29,289 nt of DNA from PVC group bacterium (GTDB taxonomy: Bacteria > Auribacterota > Erginobacteria > Erginobacterales > Erginobacteraceae): the NCBI GenBank assembly GCA_043804695.1, contig JAZDIV010000085.1:1-29289 (forward strand), in the 5' to 3' direction. A program made the translations under genes and the position numbers. Positions 18,271-26,050 of this stretch are shown here, in pieces; the first letter of the stretch is position 1, and every line of letters begins with the position of its first letter. The notes beneath the pieces are model-generated. The model did no database searches. It worked only from the letters and a program-made list of their open reading frames with translations, and was not told the origin of the DNA.

Positions 18271-19590
18271 TTAGGCTTCGTCCCGGGAGAGGAGCTCGGC
18301 CATGGTCAGGGTGCCGCCGGTCTCTTCCAGCGAGCGCTTGAGGATCTCCTCGATCCGGAGGACCGTTGGCGACGTTTTGAGTGGGGGCGGGATGACGACC
18401 GGGCCGCCGGAACTGCGGAGGGCGTGGACGACAGACTTCAAGGTCATCGTGCTCAAATCGCGGGCGGGCTGGTAATAGCGTTCTTCCCCCGCAATCTCGT
18501 TGAGCAGCCCCCCGTCCGCCATCTGCTGAAGGGACTGGTTGACCAGCCGGACCGGAACGTTAAAATACCCGGCTAGTTCCTCCGCGGCGGCCGGCGGCAC
18601 GCCGGCCAGGAAACGGGAGCCGATCCTGACCAGAAGGTTGAGGGCAACCAGCTCCTGGTAATTCCAGCTCCGGGAGAGCGCGGCCTCTTCACCATAGAAC
18701 GTCCGGACATTCTGGACCGCGAATGAAATCTCCGCCCCCAGAAGAACAATATTCCAGCTGATGTATACCCAGACCAGGTTGATCGGGATCGAGGCCAAGG
18801 CGCCGTAGATGCTGGCGTACTTGACGAAGCCGAGCTGGAAGGTGATATATCCCCAGAGGGCGGCCTGCCAGGTCAGGCCGGCAATCAGACCGCCGACCAA
18901 GGCGGCTGTCAGCCTGACCCGGGTATTGGGCATGAAGACGTAGAGAAAAGAAAAACCCAGGCAGATGAGGAGACGGTTCATCACCTCCCAGAAGAGGGCC
19001 TGCAGGAGGTGGAAGTGGAGCACGGACTGTACCATCTCGTTGGATCGGAGCACACCCCCGATCGCGACACCGGCCGCGACGAAGATCGGCACGATCAGAA
19101 GCACGCTCAGGTAATCGGTGAACTTCCGCCAGATAGTACGGGACCTCCGCACGCCCCAGATGTGATTGAAGGAGAACTCGATGTTTCCCATCACGGAGAT
19201 AATGGTCACGATCAGGAGCGCCAGGGCGGGCGGCCCCAGAGTCCCGGCACGGATGTTGTCGACGAACATGAAGAGCCGGTCAGCGATCTCCTCGTTCCCC
19301 AGGGTGACGTTCTCGGCCAGAAAATCCTTGAGGGGACTGATATTGAGACCGAAGGAGCGCGCCAAAGCGAAGGCGAAAGCCAGGAGGGGCACCACCGAGA
19401 GAAGCGACGCGTAGGTGAGAGCGGAAGCGCGGAGAGGACAGCTGTCCTTCAGGAAGCCGCGGATCACCATATAAACAACCTTGAACAGGCGCACCATCAG
19501 GCGGCGGACGCCGGAGAGGGTGGAGATTTCCAGCGCCCAGATGTCCCGGGTAAAAAAGTTAATATATCGACTGAGAAGGGATGGTTTCAT
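18271..19590 (-). CDS. YihY/BrkB family inner membrane protein with a C-terminal Rrf2-like winged helix
   Basis: ASALTYASLLSVVPLLA, IEFSFNHIWGV, YASIYGALASIP, WNIVLLGAEISF; C-terminal ELAGYFNVPVRLVNQSL...YQPARD. Confidence 0.92.
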   Translation of the reverse strand: MKPSLLSRYINFFTRDIWALEISTLSGVRRLMVRLFKVVYMVIRGFLKDSCPLRASALTYASLLSVVPLLAFAFALARSFGLNISPLKDFLAENVTLGNEEIADRLFMFVDNIRAGTLGPPALALLIVTIISVMGNIEFSFNHIWGVRRSRTIWRKFTDYLSVLLIVPIFVAAGVAIGGVLRSNEMVQSVLHFHLLQALFWEVMNRLLICLGFSFLYVFMPNTRVRLTAALVGGLIAGLTWQAALWGYITFQLGFVKYASIYGALASIPINLVWVYISWNIVLLGAEISFAVQNVRTFYGEEAALSRSWNYQELVALNLLVRIGSRFLAGVPPAAAEELAGYFNVPVRLVNQSLQQMADGGLLNEIAGEERYYQPARDLSTMTLKSVVHALRSSGGPVVIPPPLKTSPTVLRIEEILKRSLEETGGTLTMAELLSRDEA

Positions 19591-19683
19591 AAATTAGCGC
19601 CTTCGGCGCTGATTTATACCATACCATTTCCTCCGGTCACGGGCAAGCAGAGAGAACGGATCACCATCCACCCAGATTAGGGA

Positions 19684-19712
19684 TTGACAAGCCAATCAGG
19701 GGTTGGTAGCCT
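19684..19712 (+). promoter_or_regulatory. Sigma70 promoter for the pck leader
   Basis: TTGACA-17 bp-TAGCCT with an extended -10 TG. Confidence 0.7.
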
Positions 19713-19719
19713 ATCTGGT

Positions 19720-19852
19720 TGGGAGGCGCAAGGTTAAAGTCCTACGGTGCGGTGGGTAATGCCGCCAGGCGTCTTTATTATGCGCCGGTCAGCCGGGGCC
19801 GGCGGCGCCGGGCGGCGGGGTCCGGAGGTTGGCCGTTCCCCGCCGCTTTTTT
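19720..19852 (+). ncRNA. Candidate riboswitch/attenuator upstream of pck (resembles the Na+-sensing DUF1646 motif)
   Basis: 5' stem (GGCGCA/TGCGCC, AAAG/CTTT, CCT/AGG, CGGT/GCCG), a competing 12/13-bp antiterminator (19761-19773 with 19804-19816) and an intrinsic terminator. The class assignment rests on a recalled consensus only. Confidence 0.65.
19812..19852 (+). terminator. Intrinsic terminator within the pck 5' leader
   Basis: GCGGCGGGG...CCCCGCCGC followed by TTTTTT, about 60 nt before the pck ATG. Confidence 0.8.
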
Positions 19853-19911
19853 ATCTCGAAACCTTTCGATCGACAGCCGCAGCAGATCACAGAGCAGAGG
19901 AGACCCGAAAC

Positions 19912-21789
19912 ATGACGGAAGTAACGAACATTCTGAAATCGAAAATGGACGCGGACAATTACCGGCGGCTGGCAGCGCTCGAGAACGAAAAGCTGAACGC
20001 TTTTATCGCCGATGCCGTCGCCCTCTGCGAGCCCGCCGATGTCTTCGTCGCCGATGACTCGCCCGAGGCGGTGCAGCAGACGCGGGATCAGGCCCTCGCG
20101 GCCGGCGAGGAAAAGCCGCTCGAAACGCGCGGCCACACGGTCCACTTCGACGGGATGGAGGACCAGGGCCGCGACCGGGAGGTCACCCGGTACCTGGTGC
20201 CCGAAGGAGAGACGCTTTCCCCGTCGCTGAACCAGGCGCCGCGAGGGGCCGGTCTTGAGGAAATCCGTGGGCTGCTCGCCGGGTCCATGCGCGGCCGGAC
20301 GATGATCGTGCGGCTCATGACACTGGGACCGAATAATTCCGTGTTCAGCATCCCCTGCGTGGAATGCACCGACTCCTGGTACGTCTCCCACAGCCTGAAC
20401 CTGCTCTACCGTCTCGGCTACGAAGATTTCAAGCGGATGCAGGATAAGAGCGGTTTCTTCGCGATCCTGCATTCGTGCGGGAAAATCGACGACCGCATGA
20501 TCAGCGTAGAGTCCGACAAGAAGCGGATCTATATCGACTACTCCCGGGAGACCGTCTACAGCGTGAACACCCAGTACGCCGGCAACACGGTCGGGCTGAA
20601 GAAGCTGGCGCTCCGGCTCGCCATCCAGAAGGCCGACCGCGAGGGCTGGCTGGCCGAACATATGTTCCTGATGGGCGTGAAGGGCAAGGGCGGACGCAAA
20701 TCCTATTTCGCCGGAGCATTCCCAAGCGCCTGCGGGAAGACTTCGACCGCGATGCTGCCCGGAGAACAGATCATGTGCGACGATATCGCTTACTTTCGCG
20801 CCATGGACGGGCGGTGCATGGCCGCCAACGCCGAGTCCGGAATCTTCGGCATCATCCAGAACGTCAGCGCCAAAAGCGACCCGGCGATCTGGGATGTGCT
20901 CACCAAGCCCGGCGAGGTCATCTTCTCCAATATCCTGGTCAAGGACAAAAAACCCTACTGGCTCGGCATGGGTTGCGACACGCCCGACAGCGGCGAGAAC
21001 TTCTCCGGTGCCTGGACCCGGGGGAAAAAGAACGCCCAGGGCCAGGAGATCCCGCTCGCCCACAAGAACGCCCGTTACGCGGTGCGGTTGGGTGACCTGG
21101 CCAATTGCGATCCGGAACTCGGAAATCCCGGGGGCGTCAAGCTGGACGTGATCATCTATGGCGGACGCGACCTGAAGGCCTATGTGCCGGTCCAGCAGAG
21201 CTACGACTGGGACCACGGCATCGTCGCCTACGGGGCGGCACTGGAGACGGAAACCACCTTCGCCACCGTCGGCCAGGAGGGTGTGCCGGAAATCAACATG
21301 ATGAGCATCCAGGACTTCGTGGCCATACCGTTCGGGGAATACATCCAGAACGATCTGGATTTCGGGAAGAAACTGACCGCGGCGCCCGTCATTTTCGGCG
21401 TCAACTACTTCCTGTGCGGGCCGGACGGCAAATTCTTGAATGGGGTCCGCGACAAGCACGTCTGGATCCGCTGGATGGAACTCCGGATCCACGGCGACGC
21501 GGGCGCCGTGCGCGCGCCGACCGGGCTCCTGCCGAAATATCAGGACCTGGCGCCGCTGTTCCGGAGCGTTCTGGACAAGGAGTACCCGGAGGCGGATTAC
21601 CTCACGCAGTTCACCATCCGCGTCCCGGAGAACCTGGCCAAAATGGAGCGCGCCGAGGCCTACTACCGCAAGGAATCGTGCGTGCATGACGTCGTATTCC
21701 AAATCCTGGCCGACCAGCGCGGCCGCCTGCTGGCCGCACAGAAGGAGTTCGGCGATTACATCACGCCGAACCGTCTGCCGGAGGGCTGA
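19912..21789 (+). CDS. pckG: Phosphoenolpyruvate carboxykinase (GTP), archaeal-like subtype
   Basis: YAGNTVGLKKLALR, WLAEHM, P-loop AFPSACGKTSTAM, DDIAY, HKNARY, IYGGRD, IFGVNYF. Start chosen at the ATG after the GAGGAG RBS. Confidence 0.95.
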   Translation: MTEVTNILKSKMDADNYRRLAALENEKLNAFIADAVALCEPADVFVADDSPEAVQQTRDQALAAGEEKPLETRGHTVHFDGMEDQGRDREVTRYLVPEGETLSPSLNQAPRGAGLEEIRGLLAGSMRGRTMIVRLMTLGPNNSVFSIPCVECTDSWYVSHSLNLLYRLGYEDFKRMQDKSGFFAILHSCGKIDDRMISVESDKKRIYIDYSRETVYSVNTQYAGNTVGLKKLALRLAIQKADREGWLAEHMFLMGVKGKGGRKSYFAGAFPSACGKTSTAMLPGEQIMCDDIAYFRAMDGRCMAANAESGIFGIIQNVSAKSDPAIWDVLTKPGEVIFSNILVKDKKPYWLGMGCDTPDSGENFSGAWTRGKKNAQGQEIPLAHKNARYAVRLGDLANCDPELGNPGGVKLDVIIYGGRDLKAYVPVQQSYDWDHGIVAYGAALETETTFATVGQEGVPEINMMSIQDFVAIPFGEYIQNDLDFGKKLTAAPVIFGVNYFLCGPDGKFLNGVRDKHVWIRWMELRIHGDAGAVRAPTGLLPKYQDLAPLFRSVLDKEYPEADYLTQFTIRVPENLAKMERAEAYYRKESCVHDVVFQILADQRGRLLAAQKEFGDYITPNRLPEG

Positions 21790-21944
21790 GCCACGGAAGG
21801 TAAATCAGGCCAGGCATCCCTGCCGGACCAGGGACGGACGGCCGCAGCAATTTTTATGATGACCCCAGAGGCCCCGGGGCCGGGTTTGCAGGATTGCTAT
21901 GGTAATATCTTTTTAAATAAGGCCAGACTCAGGGGAGATTAATC

Positions 21945-22904
21945 TTGAAGATGACCATTTTTGTCAGCCGGCCGATCCCGGAGCCGGCGATCGACGTTTT
22001 GAAGAAGGCCGGCTTTCAGGTCGAGGTCAACCCGGAAGACCGGATCCTGATGGCGGATGAACTGGCAGCACACTGCCGGGGAAAAGACGGGCTGCTCTGT
22101 CTTTTAACCGACACCATCGACCGCGCTTTTCTCGACCGGACCCCCGGCCTGAAGGGGATCGCCACCATGGCGGTCGGCTATGACAACATCGACATCGCGG
22201 CGGCCGCCGAGAAAGGAATCCGGGTCAGCAACACCCCGGGGATCCTCACCGACGCCACCGCCGACCTGGCCTGGGCGCTCCTGCTGGCAACCGTCCGGCG
22301 CCTCCCGGAGGCGACACGGTACCTCCGCGCGGGAGAGTTCACCGGATGGGGGCCGATGCTCTTTCTGGGCGGCGACCTGCAGGACAGGACCCTGGGCATC
22401 GTGGGGGCGGGGAGAATCGGGACCGCCGTCGCCCGGCGGGCGCGCGGCTTCGGCTTATCCATCATCTATGCCGATCCCGAAAAGAACCGGGCTCTGGAAA
22501 AGGAAACCGGGGCCAGAAAAGTCGATTTCGAGACCCTGCTGAAAGAGGCCGATTTCATCACTCTCCACGTCCCCCTGAGCGAGGAAACCAGAAACCTGAT
22601 CGGCCGGCGGGAGCTGCGCCTGATGAAGAAGACGGCCTACCTGATCAACACCTCCCGGGGTCCGGTGATCGATGAAGAGGCCCTGGCGGAAGCGCTCCAG
22701 GAGGGCGTGATCGCCGGGGCCGGCCTGGACGTTTACGAGAAAGAACCCCACCTCCATCCCAGTCTCCTCTCCCTGCAGAACGTGGTTCTGCTCCCTCACA
22801 TCGGGTCCGCCACGATCGGGACCCGGACCAGGATGGCGACCATGGCGGCTGAAAACCTGGTCGCGATGATGCGGGGGGAGACGGCTCCCAATCAGGTAAA
22901 CTAA
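21945..22904 (+). CDS. D-glycerate dehydrogenase/glyoxylate reductase (D-2-hydroxyacid dehydrogenase)
   Basis: AVGYDNID, NTPGILTDATAD, GIVGAGRIG, LINTSRGPVIDE, GLDVYEKEP, PHIGSAT. Start may be the ATG at 21951. Confidence 0.93.
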   Translation: MKMTIFVSRPIPEPAIDVLKKAGFQVEVNPEDRILMADELAAHCRGKDGLLCLLTDTIDRAFLDRTPGLKGIATMAVGYDNIDIAAAAEKGIRVSNTPGILTDATADLAWALLLATVRRLPEATRYLRAGEFTGWGPMLFLGGDLQDRTLGIVGAGRIGTAVARRARGFGLSIIYADPEKNRALEKETGARKVDFETLLKEADFITLHVPLSEETRNLIGRRELRLMKKTAYLINTSRGPVIDEEALAEALQEGVIAGAGLDVYEKEPHLHPSLLSLQNVVLLPHIGSATIGTRTRMATMAAENLVAMMRGETAPNQVN

Positions 22905-22938
22905 CTGCGGATTGTCCCCCCGCCGCCCCCCCTTTTTT

Positions 22939-23180
22939 AAACAGACGATTGAATGTGATTAAATAGGATCTACGATCCCGGCTTGGGTTTTTGCGTTCGA
23001 CGTCCAAAGGAGATGAATCGCACGTATTTCCCGCGCCGGTGGGAGGCTAATCGTGCAGCGGCAGAGTTCCCTTTGCCTGAAGTCAAGTAAACGTGACCAC
23101 CACGGACTTTTTTAACCTCTCACATATTGGCGGAACACCTGAGAAAACAATCCCATTCGATCACATTCAATCGTCTGTTT
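22939..23180. repeat. 21-bp perfect inverted repeat pair (copies 2 and 3 of the 20-mer) enclosing 200 bp; MITE-like geometry
   Basis: AAACAGACGATTGAATGTGAT (22939-22959) and ATCACATTCAATCGTCTGTTT (23160-23180), between convergent genes. Confidence 0.8.
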
Positions 23181-23204
23181 TCTTACGGGCGGGTGGGCCG
23201 GATG

Positions 23205-25073
23205 TCACCAGCGGAAGGCGAGGCGGAGGGTGAACTGGCGGCCGGGGCCGGGGACGCCGGGGATCTCTTCGAAATAGACCTTGAACGGGTTGTCGATGGA
23301 GGCGGTCAGCTCCATACCCGGGAGATAAGGGGGGAGGTAGGCGAAGCTGAGGTAGGCGAGCAGGGCGTCCTTTCGGCCGGAGCGGAGAGCGTTCGGTTCC
23401 TGGATACGGTACTCGTTGTCGGACCGGAATTCGAACTGTTCAAGAAAGCGCGCGACCAGCGCCGCCGTAAAACGGTGGCGGGGATAATTGAGCGCGTAGA
23501 AACTGGCGTCGATATCCGGGTCGGCGTAGTCAGACGATTTTTTCAGATAGGTGTACCCGCAGGCGATGCCGAGGTCCTTCCATTTTTTGCTGAGCGTCAG
23601 CTCGCCACCCCCGGTTTCGATGTCAACGGCGTCGGCGGTGCGGGCGTTGGGGGACTCCCGCTGATAGGTCCAGTCGACCAGGTCGGAGTCCTCCCGGTAA
23701 AAGACCGCGGCGTGCAGCCCCCACGACGGCCGGAGCAGGTCAACCCCCGCCTCGACCGCGCGGCTCCGCTCCAGCCCCAGATCCGGGTTCCCCCCGAAGA
23801 TGCCGGAGGGCGGCGAGCCGAGGGCCGTGTAGTCGGGGAGCTGGTCGGAAGCGGCGTAATCGCAGTACCAGCGGTTCTCTCCCCCATCGGGAAGTCGCTG
23901 GACAAGGACAACCCGCGCGAGAGGGGAGACCGCGGAGGCGGCACGGTTGGAGTCATCAATCGACGCGCCGCCGCCCAGGGAGAGATCCAGCCCCTGACTG
24001 ATCGGGATGGTCTTCTCGGGGAGGACGGAGAATTTGGCAATCGTCCGTGAATAGTAAGGGCTGCCGGTGAGCGCGGTCGAGGTGAGATCATCAACCGATA
24101 CGCGGCCGTCGTAATTCACATGTAAAAAATCACATTCTTGCCGACCGCCGATCCCCGCCGACCAGACCCGGGTCCGGTGAAATGCCTGGTACAGATCGGG
24201 ATCGTCCCGCTGCAGGACATAGTGGTCACGGTTCTGACGGTACGAGGCGCCGATCTCGAGAAAGCTTACCCGGCCGTAATCAACCCGGTGATTGACGCAG
24301 ACCAGCGTGGTGTGGAGGCTCTCCGTCTCATTTGTCGGCAGGAACTCCTCCGGGGTGTACATGTCGGGCCAGCCGAAGAACTTGGACTGGTATCCGCCGT
24401 AAAAGTCGCTCTGGGAACGGGCGCCGCGAAGCTGAAGGCGCGCCCCGATGCGCTCAAAATCATAGTCGCCGGCCGGGCGGGTGCCGTCGCCTTCCGACCG
24501 CGCCAGGTCGAGATCGAACCCGATTTCCTCCCCCAGCTCTTCCAGAGATTCCGGCATGCCTGCGACATACGCCGCGTAGGCATGCTCGAGGTTGAGGCGG
24601 TGATCTCCCAGGCCGGCCAGCGCCTCTCCCCCGGTTTCAATCGGTCTCCAGGCGTATCCGACCGTGCCGGCGGTGGAGTTAAAACCCGCCAAGGCGTTCT
24701 CCAGACCGGTCAGAACCGCGGGAAGCGTCAACATCAGGGGGGAGATCGGGATCTCCGCGCTGTAGTGGCCGGTCTGCGGATCGAGCAGGGTCACGGCGCC
24801 GGTTCGAAAACCGGTCTGGGTGAAGATGCCCCCGCGGATGGAACAGTCGGCCTGCGCCTCGGCGATGTTCCTGGTCTGCAGATCGACCGCCGGATCAAAG
24901 CGCAGGGCGCTGACGGGGGCGGCAAAGGTCCCGGCCGGCACCGGGTTGGCGATCTTCTCCGCCCGCACGATCACCGTGGGCAGTTCCAGCACCTCTTCCT
25001 CCCCCGCCGCCGATAACCCGGCAAGCGACAGCAGAACCGGCAATCCGATCAAACCCACGGATATTAATTTCAT
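23205..25073 (-). CDS. TonB-dependent outer membrane receptor
   Basis: Signal peptide, TonB box-like LPTVIVRAEK, plug QADCSIRGG, GNPDLGLERS, and C-terminal DNPF...PGPGRQFTLRLAFRW. Start at 25073 or TTG 25088. Confidence 0.9.
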   Translation of the reverse strand: MKLISVGLIGLPVLLSLAGLSAAGEEEVLELPTVIVRAEKIANPVPAGTFAAPVSALRFDPAVDLQTRNIAEAQADCSIRGGIFTQTGFRTGAVTLLDPQTGHYSAEIPISPLMLTLPAVLTGLENALAGFNSTAGTVGYAWRPIETGGEALAGLGDHRLNLEHAYAAYVAGMPESLEELGEEIGFDLDLARSEGDGTRPAGDYDFERIGARLQLRGARSQSDFYGGYQSKFFGWPDMYTPEEFLPTNETESLHTTLVCVNHRVDYGRVSFLEIGASYRQNRDHYVLQRDDPDLYQAFHRTRVWSAGIGGRQECDFLHVNYDGRVSVDDLTSTALTGSPYYSRTIAKFSVLPEKTIPISQGLDLSLGGGASIDDSNRAASAVSPLARVVLVQRLPDGGENRWYCDYAASDQLPDYTALGSPPSGIFGGNPDLGLERSRAVEAGVDLLRPSWGLHAAVFYREDSDLVDWTYQRESPNARTADAVDIETGGGELTLSKKWKDLGIACGYTYLKKSSDYADPDIDASFYALNYPRHRFTAALVARFLEQFEFRSDNEYRIQEPNALRSGRKDALLAYLSFAYLPPYLPGMELTASIDNPFKVYFEEIPGVPGPGRQFTLRLAFRW

Positions 25074-25093
25074 GCTAAGAAATTTCAACCAAC

Positions 25094-25340
25094 TTTAGCC
25101 ACCAAGACACAAAGACACCAAGAAGACAGGAGAATATACAAAGCTTTAATGATTTTTAAATAATGCCCTTCTATTTCATCTCCCCCGTGAGGGAATAAAA
25201 AACCCCTCACCCTGCCCTCTCCCCTTAAAAAGGGGAGAGGGGAAATAATTAAGTATGGCAAGTTTATTATATAGGTTACTTACCCAGACAAAATGAAAGA
25301 GAACCTTTTCCCTTAGTGTCTTGGTGTCTTAGTGGCAAAA
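25094..25340. mobile_element. MITE-like element with 29-bp imperfect inverted ends built from octamers, and an internal hairpin
   Basis: TTTAGCCACCAAGACACAAAGACACCAAG (25094-25122) versus the reverse complement of 25312-25340 (25/29 identical). Internal CCCCTCACCCTGCCCTCTCCCCTT..AAGGGGAGAGGGGA at 25203-25243. Confidence 0.6.
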
Positions 25341-25342
25341 AG

Positions 25343-25882
25343 TCATGAAATATTCAGTTCTTCCAGTATGGTCCCGTAAATACGATAATCGTGATCGGAG
25401 AAGAGGACGAAACGGACCAGTTCGATCTCCGGGTGATCGAGCAGGAACTCCATCACGGTTGAGAGGGCGGTATTGGCGGCCTCATCAATCGGATACCCGT
25501 AGGCCCCGGTGCTGATCGAGGGGAATGCCACCGTCCTGATCCCGGATGCCGAGGCCAGCTTCAGGCTTTCCCGGTAGGCGGAGGCGAGAAGCTCGGCCTC
25601 GCCCCGGACTCCGTCCCGGTAGATGGGCCCCACCGTGTGGATGACGAACTTCGCCGGCAAAAGGTAGCCTCCTGTCAGCCGGGCCTGTCCGGTCGGGCAG
25701 CCGTTCAGTTTCCGGCATTCCTCCAGCAGTTCCGGGCCCGCCTTCCGGTGAATCGCCCCGTCAACGCCGCCGCCGCCGAGGAGCGAGGTGTTGGCGGCGT
25801 TGACAATCGCGTCCACCTCCTGCTCCGTGATGTCTCCCCGAACCAGTTCGATAATTGATTCATTGACTTTTATCTTCATCAT
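25343..25882 (-). CDS. ymdB: O-acetyl-ADP-ribose deacetylase (macrodomain, YmdB-like)
   Basis: GDIT, AIVNAAN, GGGGVDGAIH, VIHTVGP, AFPSISTGAYGYP; GGAGG RBS before ATG 25882. Confidence 0.93.
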   Translation of the reverse strand: MMKIKVNESIIELVRGDITEQEVDAIVNAANTSLLGGGGVDGAIHRKAGPELLEECRKLNGCPTGQARLTGGYLLPAKFVIHTVGPIYRDGVRGEAELLASAYRESLKLASASGIRTVAFPSISTGAYGYPIDEAANTALSTVMEFLLDHPEIELVRFVLFSDHDYRIYGTILEELNIS

Positions 25883-26050
25883 TACGCGAAGCCTCCGGTG
25901 CAATACCTTAGTGCTGGGCTGAAATTCTCAACCGTGAATTCTTTGAAATCAAAAATAATAGCAATACCACCTGTCAAACATGATATGATCCAGGGTCAAT
26001 ACATTCCATCACTATTCCATCACTATAATTTTTACGGAGTAAAAATTATA

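Noticed and set aside
19686..19800. c-di-GMP-I, THF or FMN riboswitch for the pck leader
   Set aside because: Only fragmentary resemblance; required spacing and conserved cores are missing, and part of the match lies in the promoter.
19747..19911. 55-aa N-terminal extension of PEPCK in the ORF track
   Set aside because: It overlaps the structured leader and terminator; a good RBS precedes ATG 19912.
19789..21702. 637-aa antisense ORF and similar shadow ORFs (16598..17692, 13841..14785, 23127..24050, 24138..25016, 28306..29061)
   Set aside because: They lie opposite well-supported genes and are expected from GC-rich codon bias; no recognisable motifs.
23013..23090. 25-aa ORF MNRTYF... inside the inverted-repeat segment
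   Set aside because: The GGAG directly abuts the ATG with no spacing, and there is no other support.
25089..25342. Cobalamin riboswitch upstream of the TonB receptor
   Set aside because: No B12-box or other conserved cobalamin elements; the region is explained by repeats.
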